From Candidatus Sericytochromatia bacterium (GTDB taxonomy: Bacteria > Cyanobacteriota > Sericytochromatia > S15B-MN24 > JAQBPE01): a stretch of 64,000 nt of DNA. The translations under genes were made by a program, and so were the position numbers. The notes under the pieces are model-generated. The model was not told the DNA's origin, searched no databases, and saw only the letters and a list, made by a program, of their open reading frames with translations. Positions 8,897 through 17,217 of the stretch are shown piece after piece; positions within the stretch are counted from its first letter, which is position 1; every line of letters begins with the position of its first letter. The DNA lies in contig JAYKHR010000045.1 of the NCBI GenBank assembly GCA_035285125.1, positions 214,691 through 278,690 of the forward strand, given 5' to 3'.

Positions 8897-10018
8897 TCAC
8901 TGTTGCGCCAGAGGCCGGCGCCGGCCCGCCACCCCCTCGTAGAGGCGCTGTAGGCGCTGCATGTTCTCCTGGTGGGCGTAGTGGGTTTCCACCCGGGCCC
9001 GGCTCAGGCGGCGCAGCCGGGCCAGCTCGTTCGGCTGCGCGAGCAGCCCGCCGAGCGCGGGCGCCAGGGCCTGGTCCAGCCTGCGGGGGTCGAGGGTCCG
9101 CCCGACGCCCGCGATCACCTCCCCGTCGGCGCCCACGTCCGTCGCAACGGGGGCCGCGCCGCAGGCCATCGCCTCCAGCAGCGCCAGCGACAGCCCCTCG
9201 ACGCTGGAGGGCAGCACGAACACCTCCGCCCCCCGCAGGATGTCGATGCGACGGGCCTCGTCAGCCACGAAGCCCAGCCAGTGGACGCGCGCCAGGCCCC
9301 GGTGGCGGGCCTCCAGGCCGGCCCGCATGTAGCCGTCCCCGATCAGGGCCAGGTGGCTGTCGGCAGGGGGGCCGAGGCGACGCCAGGCCTCAAGCAGCGT
9401 GCCGACGTTCTTTTCCGCGTCGATGCGCCCCATGTAGCAGACCAGGGCCCGGGCGTGCAGCGTCGCGCGGTACAGGCTGGGCCCCGGGGCGTACCGCTGC
9501 ACGTCGACGCCGTGGGGCAGCACCGCGATGCGGCCGGGCGCCACCTGGGCCTGGCGCACCCGGGCAGCCTGCGCCTCCGAGAACACGATCACGAGCTCGC
9601 AGCGCCGCAGCGTCGGGCCATAGGCCCGGTAGACGAGGTCCGAGACGCGACCAGGGAGGCTCGGCCGGTGGTCGAGGGCCACGTGCACCGTCGCCACCAG
9701 CGGGACGCCCAGCCTGCGACAGAGCCCCGGCAGGGCCCAGTCGAGCGGCCCGAGCGCGAACGAGGCGTGCACGAGGTCCGGCTGAAACCGGCGCAGCCGG
9801 GCCTCCAGCTGCCCGAGGGCCCGAGGGGACGGCACCACGAAGAGCGGCGTGCGCCACATCAACGGCAGCGCCACCTCGGCCTCGTCCGGGCTTGGCCCGT
9901 CGTGCACGTGGCACAGCAGCACCTCGTGGCCGGCCTCGCGCAGGCCGCTGGCTAGCTCGCGGCAGTAGGTCACGATGCCGCAGAAGGGGTGCTTCTTGCC
10001 CAGGATCGCGATCCGCAT
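8897..10018 (-). CDS. dgdA: GT4 glycosyltransferase, DgdA-like (digalactosyldiacylglycerol synthase)
   Basis: MRIAILGKKHPFCGIVTY, PDLVHAS..LGPLDWALP, GRIDAEKNV, LPSSVEGLSLALLEAMACG match my recollection of cyanobacterial DgdA. Confidence 0.7.
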   Translation of the reverse strand: MRIAILGKKHPFCGIVTYCRELASGLREAGHEVLLCHVHDGPSPDEAEVALPLMWRTPLFVVPSPRALGQLEARLRRFQPDLVHASFALGPLDWALPGLCRRLGVPLVATVHVALDHRPSLPGRVSDLVYRAYGPTLRRCELVIVFSEAQAARVRQAQVAPGRIAVLPHGVDVQRYAPGPSLYRATLHARALVCYMGRIDAEKNVGTLLEAWRRLGPPADSHLALIGDGYMRAGLEARHRGLARVHWLGFVADEARRIDILRGAEVFVLPSSVEGLSLALLEAMACGAAPVATDVGADGEVIAGVGRTLDPRRLDQALAPALGGLLAQPNELARLRRLSRARVETHYAHQENMQRLQRLYEGVAGRRRPLAQQ

Positions 10019-10170
10019 GCGCCCCCCTCGGCCTGGCGGTGGTCGCATCCACCATAGCCGCCGGCCCCGCAGAGGGGAGGCGGCAAGCGGGCCGGCCTGG
10101 CGGAGGGCGGCAGGGGGCGGAGGCCCGATCTCAGCCAGAGAACCGGGTTTGGGCCGCCTTCAGGCGGAGT

Positions 10171-10252
10171 CGTGGTTAAAAAATGGATATGGGGTGGTTA
10201 ATATTTCAATTTTAAAGGCAAGTTTTAGCGGGCTTAAGCCTAAATTAAAACC
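10171..10252. promoter_or_regulatory. AT-rich divergent control region with phased TTAA half-sites
   Basis: GTGGTTAA at 10172 and 10194; TTAA at 10212, 10234, 10245 (TTAA-N7-TTAA). Confidence 0.55.
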
Positions 10253-10303
10253 AAGAACTGGTGAGAGAGCCGCGGGCTGCCAGGCCCGACATTCGGAGGA
10301 ACG

Positions 10304-10912
10304 ATGCCCGCCACCGTCACCGCGTCCCGCCCGATCGCCGCGCCCAAGGCGCAGGCCGCTACGCCGCCCGCGAACCAGCTTTCGCCCGTCGCCGCGATGC
10401 AGCCGTCGCTCATCAACACCATCGACGTGGTCCGCACGGGGGCTGCCGTCGGCCAGGCCGCCGGCAAGGTCGCGTTCACCCCGCCCGTCATCGTCGACAT
10501 CTTCAAGTCGAGCATCCGGTCGGGCTTCAGCCTCACCAACATCGCCTGGTTCGTCGTCCCCTCCGCCATCCGCAACGTCCGCGACGTCACGAGCGACAAG
10601 ATCTCGGCGGCCCGGGCCGGCGCCAACGTGACCACCGAGGCCTCGTTCGGCATCGGCAAGGGCATCATGGCCGGCGCGATGGTCCAGTGCCTGTCGATCG
10701 CGACGGGCCCGCTGATGGGCCTGCTGCCGATCTCGCCTGCCATCCTGCCCTTCGTCGGCATCGGCGTCGGCCTTGTGGGCCTGGTCGGCACCCACTTCGT
10801 GCTGAACAAGATCATCAAGAAGACCGGCATCGACCAGAAGATGGCGGACGGCCTGACGAACCTCTTCGGCGGCGACAAGCCTGGCACCACGGAGAAGCCC
10901 AAGGTCCAGTGA
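10304..10912 (+). CDS. hypothetical membrane protein, MamC-like core
   Basis: SD GGAGGA; strongly GC3-biased codons; hydrophobic segments flank AIRNVRDVTSDKISAARAGANVTTEA. Confidence 0.75.
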   Translation: MPATVTASRPIAAPKAQAATPPANQLSPVAAMQPSLINTIDVVRTGAAVGQAAGKVAFTPPVIVDIFKSSIRSGFSLTNIAWFVVPSAIRNVRDVTSDKISAARAGANVTTEASFGIGKGIMAGAMVQCLSIATGPLMGLLPISPAILPFVGIGVGLVGLVGTHFVLNKIIKKTGIDQKMADGLTNLFGGDKPGTTEKPKVQ

Positions 10913-10989
10913 CGGGGATTCGAGGGGGGCGCCACCTGAACCAAGTTTTTTGACCACCTCCGCGTTCCTCTCTCTCTCACACACACGCA

Positions 10990-11027
10990 CGGCCGGGGGA
11001 CCCTGACGGGTCCCCCGGCCGGCGTTT
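10990..11027 (+). terminator. intrinsic terminator hairpin
   Basis: CGGCCGGGGGACCC-TGAC-GGGTCCCCCGGCCG perfect 14-bp stem followed by GCGTTT. Confidence 0.8.
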
Positions 11028-11119
11028 GGGCCGCAAGGCCCGCCCGCCTGCAAGCCTTTGCCGGGCTGCACCCTACACTCGTGGCGCACGGGGCCTGGGG
11101 TGGCCCGGGAGGGCGAGGG

Positions 11120-12637
11120 ATGCGCCAGGGGGTTCCCGATGAGCGGCCTGTCCACCTGATCGTGGTGGACAGCTGGGTGCCAACCACGGTAGCGGCCGAG
11201 CTCGCGGCCGGACGGCTGCCGGCCCTGGCGCATCTCGTCGCGCACGGGGCGATGGACCTGCGATGCGCGAGCGTGTTCCCCTCGGTCACGCCCGCCTGCC
11301 TGGCGGCCATCGCCACGGGCGGGGGGCCGGACCACAACCACATCACGGGCGTGCTCTGGTACGACCGGTCGCCCGATCGCTACGTCCACTACTGGCCGTA
11401 CCCCCAGTCTCTGGTCTGGGGCACCCTCTCCCGCGTGATCGGAGACTTCCTGCTCCGCCTCAACGGCGAGCATCTGAGCCCCCAGGCGCTGACGATCTTC
11501 GAGCGCCTGGAGGCGGCCGGCGTCGAGGCCGCGAGCGTGAACTTCCCCGTCTCGCGCGGGCCCTGCCTGCACCGCGCGCGGGTGCCAAGAGGCCTGGCCT
11601 GGGCCGGGGGGTTACCGGCCGAGCTCGCGCTCCGCGGGCCGACCCACCTGCGCTTCGGAGACATGCTGCGGGGCGCCAGCACGCCGCGCGGCGGCCCCTG
11701 GCACAAGTACGGCTTCAACGACCACACTGCGGCGACCGAGACGGTGGCGCTCATCCGCAAGGCCCGTCCCCGCTTCGTGCTGACCTACTTCAACGAGAAC
11801 GACCTGCGGACCCACCACCACGGGCCCGCCCGCATCGGGTGGAGCCTGCGCCGCGTCGACGGCGAGCTTGCCCGCCTCCTGGCGGCCTACGGCTCGTGGG
11901 ACCAGGCCGTGCGGGAGGCGCGCTGGATCCTGGTGGGGGACCACAGCCAGAGCGACACCCACCCCTGGCGCCCGGGCCATGCCATCAACGTCTTCAAGAT
12001 GTTCCCGCGCCACCGGGTCGCCTCGCTGCGTGACGGGGGGCTGCGGGGGCAGGCCTGCGATTTTGCCGTCGCTCCGAATGACCGCATGTGCTGGTTCTAC
12101 TTCCAGGAGGACGCCCGGCGGCTGCGGGAGGAGGTCCTCGATGAGGTGGGCGCCTGGCCCGCGGTGGACCAGGTCCTCTGGTGCGACGGCGACGCATGCC
12201 ATGCCTGGCAGCCTGCCTCGGGGGCCAGGCTGGCCTGGCAGCCTGGCGGCCCGGTGCGCGACCCTTGGGGCGGCACCTGGACGCTGCGGGGAGCCGGGGG
12301 GGTCTTCGACTTGGTGGTCCGGGGCGATCGCATCGAGGAGGGGGCCTACCCCAACGCGCTTGCGCGCGCGACCTCAGCCCTGTCCACCCCCCAGGCGGCC
12401 ACGCTTGTGCTAACGGCGCGGCTCGGCCACGAGTTCACCTCGGGCTTTCCGATGGGGCGCGGGAACCACGGCTCCCTCCACGCCCTCGACTCCTGGGTGC
12501 CGCTGGTGACGGTGGGCGTGCCCATGCCCGCCAGGCCGCGGCTGACGGACGTGTACGGGTTGGTGCTGGCCGCCTTCGGGCTGCCCCTGGAGGCCACCCC
12601 TGACGCGGCGCTCGGGGCCCGTCGCGGGGCAGGCTGA
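11120..12637 (+). CDS. alkaline-phosphatase-superfamily (nucleotide pyrophosphatase/phosphodiesterase-type) protein
   Basis: LIVVDS, FPSVTPAC (catalytic Thr), DLRTHHHG, GDHSQ, GNHGSLH. Confidence 0.85.
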   Translation: MRQGVPDERPVHLIVVDSWVPTTVAAELAAGRLPALAHLVAHGAMDLRCASVFPSVTPACLAAIATGGGPDHNHITGVLWYDRSPDRYVHYWPYPQSLVWGTLSRVIGDFLLRLNGEHLSPQALTIFERLEAAGVEAASVNFPVSRGPCLHRARVPRGLAWAGGLPAELALRGPTHLRFGDMLRGASTPRGGPWHKYGFNDHTAATETVALIRKARPRFVLTYFNENDLRTHHHGPARIGWSLRRVDGELARLLAAYGSWDQAVREARWILVGDHSQSDTHPWRPGHAINVFKMFPRHRVASLRDGGLRGQACDFAVAPNDRMCWFYFQEDARRLREEVLDEVGAWPAVDQVLWCDGDACHAWQPASGARLAWQPGGPVRDPWGGTWTLRGAGGVFDLVVRGDRIEEGAYPNALARATSALSTPQAATLVLTARLGHEFTSGFPMGRGNHGSLHALDSWVPLVTVGVPMPARPRLTDVYGLVLAAFGLPLEATPDAALGARRGAG

Positions 12638-12646
12638 GGCCGAGCC

Positions 12647-12850
12647 TCAGGACGTGGCTTGAGGCGGCGTGGAGAGCCGGGCGGCGATCCGCTCCAGGTC
12701 CGCCTCGATGTCAGCGAGGGCCTGGCGCCAGTCCCAGCTCGACCGCGAGGCCACGTGGGCCATCTTGGCCTCGAGGGCCGCGAGCTCGGCGCGCCAGTTC
12801 CAGTCGGCGGCGGGCGGGAGGGCGTCGGGGAGGTTGCTGGTGGCGGTCAT
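12647..12850 (-). CDS. small hypothetical protein with internal WxWR..LA.(L/I)EA duplication
   Basis: -10 TATGAT 7 nt before ATG 12850; WNWRAELAALEA / WDWRQALADIEA. Confidence 0.6.
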   Translation of the reverse strand: MTATSNLPDALPPAADWNWRAELAALEAKMAHVASRSSWDWRQALADIEADLERIAARLSTPPQATS

Positions 12851-12879
12851 CGGCTTCATCATACCAGACGGCTGAGCGC

Positions 12880-13740
12880 CTAGGCCTCCACGGGGGGCAG
12901 GGCCGAGACGTTCACGTGGGCGCTGTGGCCTGCTTCCGGGAACTGCCCCGCGCGGACGTCCGCCGCATAGTCCGACATGGCCTGCACCATTGGCTCGTGG
13001 AGCGTGGCGTATCGCTTGGCGTGCCGGGGCAGGAAGGTCGGGTCCAGCCCCAGCAAGTCGTGCACCACCTGGATCTGGCCGCTGCAGCCCGCGCCGGCCC
13101 CGATGCCGATGGTGGGGATGCCGACGTGGGCCGTGACGCGCTCGGCAACCTCCGCCGGGACCAGCTCCAGCACCAGGGCCGAGGCGCCCGCGGCCTCCAC
13201 GGCGGCGGCCTCGGCGATCAGCGCCTCGATGCCCGTCGTCGTCTTGGCCTGCACGCGCAGCCCGATGGCATGGACGGCCTGGGGCGTGAAGCCGAGGTGG
13301 GCCACCAGCGGGATGCCGGCCTGCGTGATGGCGCGGATGCAGGCAAGCTGGTGCGGTTGGCCGCCCTCGAGCTTCACAGCCTTGGCCCCACCCTCCTTCA
13401 AGAACCTGCCGGCGTTGCGGACGGCCTCCTCCACGCTCGCGTGGTAGGCCATGAACGGCATGTCGCCGATCACCCAGGCCCGCCGGGTGCCGCGCGCCAC
13501 GGCCCGGGTGTGATGCAGCATCTCCTCCATCGTCACGGGCAGCGTGCTGTCGTAGCCGAGCACCACCATGCCGAGCGAGTCCCCGACCAGCAGCACGTCG
13601 ACGCCGGCCTCGTCGGCGATGCGGGCCGTCGTGTGGTCATAGGCCGTGAGCGCCACGATCCGCTCGCCGCGTGCGCGCATGGCCTGGAGTTCGTGCACGG
13701 TGACGGGGGCGCGCGTGGACTTGGTCGAGGGGCCGTACAT
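12880..13740 (-). CDS. panB: 3-methyl-2-oxobutanoate hydroxymethyltransferase
   Basis: LTAYD, LLVGDSLGMV, GDMPF, AVKLEGG, HLGFTPQ, IGIGAG. Confidence 0.97.
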   Translation of the reverse strand: MYGPSTKSTRAPVTVHELQAMRARGERIVALTAYDHTTARIADEAGVDVLLVGDSLGMVVLGYDSTLPVTMEEMLHHTRAVARGTRRAWVIGDMPFMAYHASVEEAVRNAGRFLKEGGAKAVKLEGGQPHQLACIRAITQAGIPLVAHLGFTPQAVHAIGLRVQAKTTTGIEALIAEAAAVEAAGASALVLELVPAEVAERVTAHVGIPTIGIGAGAGCSGQIQVVHDLLGLDPTFLPRHAKRYATLHEPMVQAMSDYAADVRAGQFPEAGHSAHVNVSALPPVEA

Positions 13741-13868
13741 ACGAAGGTGCCTTTCTCATCGATGCCGCGAACGTTGTACCCTGTGCCCCGGGCCAGGCAC
13801 AAGCCGGCACATTGCCGGCAGGCCAGGCCGGGGGTATGATGAGGCCCCGTCGAGAGAGGATGCGGTCC

Positions 13869-14897
13869 GTGGCCAGACAACGCGTCATGAGTGGAATGCG
13901 CACCACGGGCACGCTGCACGTGGGGCACCACCTCGGCGTGCTCGTCAACTGGACGCGCCTTCAGGACAGCTACGACTGCTTCTTCGCGGCCGCCGACTGG
14001 CACATGCTCACCACGGGCCTCGGCAAGACCGAGCACCTGCGCGCGCACACCCGGGCCATCGTGCTCGACTGGCTGGCCGCAGGCGTGGACCCCGACAAGG
14101 CCACCATCTACGTCCAGTCCGCGGTGCTCGAGACCGCTGAGCTGCACCTGCTGCTCTCGATGGTCACGCCCGTCAACTGGCTCCAGCGCGACCCGACGCT
14201 CAAGGAGATGGTGCGGGAGCTCCACATGGCCGAGGACACCGTCAGCTATGGCCTGCTGGGTTACCCGGCCTTGCAGACGGCCGACATCCTGGGCGTGCTG
14301 GGGGCGCTGGTGCCCGTCGGGGAAGACCAGGTGGCCCACCTGGAGATCTCGCGGGACATCGCCCGGCGCTTCAACCACCAGTTCGGCGTGGAGCTCTTCC
14401 CGGAGCCGCGGCCGCTGTTGGCCCCGATGCCCGTGGTCTTCGGCCTCGACGGGCGCAAGATGAGCAAGAGCTACGGCAACGACATCAAGCTCGGAGACCC
14501 GGCCGAGGCCGTCACGCAGAAGGTCCTGAGCACCGTGACAGACCCGTCGCGGGCGCGCAAGACCGACCCGGGCCACCCCGAGGTGTGTGCGATCTACACC
14601 GGCTGGGAGACCTACGCCCCGGCGGAGGCGCCCGCGGTGGCGGCGGCCTGCCGGGCTGGCGAGGTCGGCTGCGTCCAGTGCAAGCGCGACATGGCCGGGC
14701 GCATCAACGCGATGCTCGAGCCGATGCGCGAGCGGCGGGCGGTGCTGGCGGCCGATCCCGATCGCCTCGACGACATCGTGGCGGCTGGGAACCAGCGGGC
14801 CCGGGCCGTCACGGCAGAGACCGTGGAGCGCGTGCGCGAGGCGATGGGCCTCAACCAGTACGACGGCACAGGCCGGCTGCGTCCGGCCGGCTCGTGA
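13869..14897 (+). CDS. trpS: tryptophan--tRNA ligase
   Basis: SGMRTTGTLHVGH, YPALQTADIL, VPVGEDQ, KMSKSYGN; GTG start chosen from SD spacing (ATG 13860 also possible). Confidence 0.95.
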   Translation: MARQRVMSGMRTTGTLHVGHHLGVLVNWTRLQDSYDCFFAAADWHMLTTGLGKTEHLRAHTRAIVLDWLAAGVDPDKATIYVQSAVLETAELHLLLSMVTPVNWLQRDPTLKEMVRELHMAEDTVSYGLLGYPALQTADILGVLGALVPVGEDQVAHLEISRDIARRFNHQFGVELFPEPRPLLAPMPVVFGLDGRKMSKSYGNDIKLGDPAEAVTQKVLSTVTDPSRARKTDPGHPEVCAIYTGWETYAPAEAPAVAAACRAGEVGCVQCKRDMAGRINAMLEPMRERRAVLAADPDRLDDIVAAGNQRARAVTAETVERVREAMGLNQYDGTGRLRPAGS

Positions 14898-14966
14898 GCC
14901 CCGCCACCGATCTCCCGACGCGCTCCCCCTACGATGACCCGGCCCCCCCTGACTAGCCCCTGAGCC

Positions 14967-15716
14967 ATGCCTGCCCAACGCCTGCAGAAGATCCTTGCCC
15001 AGGCCGGCATCGCCTCCAGGCGCCACAGCGAGGCGCTGATCGTGGCGGGCCGGGTGGCCGTCAACGGCGTCGTGGTGACGCAACTCGGCGCCCAGGCCGA
15101 CCCGGCGGTGGACCGCGTGGAGGTCGACGGCCGGCCTGTCCTGATCGCTTCCGAACGCGCCTACTACCTGCTCAACAAGCCCCGGGGCTACCTGAGCACG
15201 TGCTACGACCCACAGGGGCGCAAGACCGTGCTGGAGTTGGTGCCCTATGCGCCCGGGCTGCACCCTGTCGGGCGGCTGGACCGCGACACCTCGGGCCTGC
15301 TCATCGTCACCAACGACGGTGGCTTCACCGAGGCGCTGACGCACCCGCGGCACGGCATCGCCAAGACCTACGTGGCCGAGGTGCGTGGCCGGCCGAGCGC
15401 CTCGGCGCTGACGACGCTGCGAGACGGGGTGCGACTCGAGGGCGGCACCACCCTCCCGGCCCGCGTCGAGGCCCTGGACCGGCGCGCCGACACCACCACG
15501 CTGGCCGTCACCATCCGGGAGGGACGAAACCGGCAGGTCCGACGTATGATGGAAGCCGTCGGTCACCCCGTGGTCCGGTTGGAGCGCGTCGCCATCGGTG
15601 AAATGACGGCTGGAAACCTTCCCGAGGGGCAGTTCCGGCCACTGTTGGAAGCGGAAGTCCAAGCGCTGCTGCGCAGCGCGCGGCGCACACAAGGTCGGGG
15701 GGGGGCCCGTGGCTAG
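14967..15716 (+). CDS. rluB: rRNA pseudouridine synthase (RluB/RsuA family) with S4 domain
   Basis: RLQKILAQAGIASRR, LNKPRGY, VGRLDRDTSGLL, EGRNRQVRRM. Confidence 0.9.
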   Translation: MPAQRLQKILAQAGIASRRHSEALIVAGRVAVNGVVVTQLGAQADPAVDRVEVDGRPVLIASERAYYLLNKPRGYLSTCYDPQGRKTVLELVPYAPGLHPVGRLDRDTSGLLIVTNDGGFTEALTHPRHGIAKTYVAEVRGRPSASALTTLRDGVRLEGGTTLPARVEALDRRADTTTLAVTIREGRNRQVRRMMEAVGHPVVRLERVAIGEMTAGNLPEGQFRPLLEAEVQALLRSARRTQGRGGARG

Positions 15717-16581
15717 CCTGAGCGAGGTCGGACAGCGTCTGAAGCAGGCGCGTGAGGCTCAGGGCCTCAGCCTGGCTGAGGTCTCCAGCCGTACGCGCAT
15801 CACCGTGCGCCACCTCAAGGCCATCGAAGAGGGCCTTGAGGCGGACCTGCCGGAGGTGTTCTACGTCCGGGGCTTCCTCAAGAAGTACGCGGAGGTCGTG
15901 GGCCTCTCGCCCACCGACGTGGCGGACTTCTACAGGCCCGCGCCGGTTCCCACGGCACCCTTGCCGGACCTGCGCCAGGGCAGCGGCCCGCTGGGCTACT
16001 ACGCGGCGATCGGGGCTTTCTTGCTGCTGCTGCTCGGGCTGGCCTGGTACTTCCAACCCCGCGTCAGCGTGGTCGAGGCGCCCCAGCCCTCCCTGTCGCC
16101 CGCCGAGCCTGGCCAGGCCGAGGCCAGCGCCGTGGCGGCCGTGAGCCCGGACGTCGCTGCCACGCCTGCCCTCGAGGCCGTGGTGGCGACGCGCAGCGTG
16201 GCCGTCGAGGCCGCGGCTTCAGCTGCCCTCCCCGCCTCTGGTGCTCCCCCGGCTGAGCCTGTCGCCACGGCTGCGACGGCGGTCTCGTCCGCGCCGCCAA
16301 GCGTCGCGCCGACCGAGGCCCCGAGCCCTGCGGCAACGGCCAAGCCCGACACCATCTCCCTGACGCTTGCCCTCAAGGAGCGGTCCTGGATTGAGGTGCG
16401 CGTCGGCGGGCGCCTTGTGAAGGAAGGCATCGCGAACCGGGGCGAGATGCACCGCTTCAAGGGCAATGAAATAGAGGTCTCTGCTGGCAACGCCGGGGGT
16501 GTCCACGTGTTCCGGAACGGCCGGGAAGCCGGACGGCTCGGGGCCCACGGCGAGGTCGTGACCCGCGTCTTCAAACCCTGA
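15709..16581 (+). CDS. rodZ: RodZ-like protein (HTH - TM - DUF4115)
   Basis: LKQAREAQGLSL..YVRGFLKKYA HTH, one TM, C-terminal SWIEV...AGNAGGV. Confidence 0.85.
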   Translation: MASLSEVGQRLKQAREAQGLSLAEVSSRTRITVRHLKAIEEGLEADLPEVFYVRGFLKKYAEVVGLSPTDVADFYRPAPVPTAPLPDLRQGSGPLGYYAAIGAFLLLLLGLAWYFQPRVSVVEAPQPSLSPAEPGQAEASAVAAVSPDVAATPALEAVVATRSVAVEAAASAALPASGAPPAEPVATAATAVSSAPPSVAPTEAPSPAATAKPDTISLTLALKERSWIEVRVGGRLVKEGIANRGEMHRFKGNEIEVSAGNAGGVHVFRNGREAGRLGAHGEVVTRVFKP

Positions 16582-16629
16582 GGCCTGCGCGCCGGGCGTG
16601 ATGACGAGGGCTGAGGGGCTCCCGAAGGC

Positions 16630-17151
16630 ATGACCATCCAGCCATCCAACTCGCCTGGCGAGGTGCTCCAAGAGGCAGCGACCCGCGCGCGCAACATGGC
16701 CGTGGCGGCGGTGATGATCGTCATCCTCCTCGCCAAGCTGTTCTTGGATCGGGTGGTGGTGCCTCGCCTGCGGGCCCTGCAGGCCTGGATGGTGCGGCAC
16801 CTCGCTGGCCTCGTCGTCTGGGCCTGGCGTCGATTGGCGCCCCGCTGGGAGCGCCTCAAGGTCTTGGCGTCCCAGACGCGCGTCGTGGTGGTGCGCCGGG
16901 TGCTGGAGGGCCTCATCCGGGTCCTGGCGCCGTTGGAGGCGACCTTGCTGACGGTCGTGGGCCACGCGAAGCAGCGGTCCAACGCGCTCGCCGAGCGCGG
17001 CGCCGTGTCCATCGCCGAGGTGTTGCGGGCGACCTTCAACGCCATCGGGGCGCTGGCGCGCGCTGGCTTCAGCCGGCCCGCCGTGCAGGGGCTGCTCTCC
17101 AAGCTGCTCGCGCTCGCGGCAGAGGCGCAGAAACCCGGCCAAAAGCTGTAG
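16630..17151 (+). CDS. hypothetical membrane-associated protein
   Basis: 173-aa ORF filling the rodZ-ugd gap; hydrophobic helix followed by amphipathic Arg/Leu-rich helices. Confidence 0.6.
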   Translation: MTIQPSNSPGEVLQEAATRARNMAVAAVMIVILLAKLFLDRVVVPRLRALQAWMVRHLAGLVVWAWRRLAPRWERLKVLASQTRVVVVRRVLEGLIRVLAPLEATLLTVVGHAKQRSNALAERGAVSIAEVLRATFNAIGALARAGFSRPAVQGLLSKLLALAAEAQKPGQKL

Positions 17152-17217
17152 AATTGGTGGCAGGTCGCCGATGTCATGGGCATCACATCCGACCCGTTCG
17201 AGAAGGGGGAGCGCCCA

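Noticed and set aside
10214..10230. Sigma54 promoter GG..GC
   Set aside because: Spacing is 9 nt rather than the required 10
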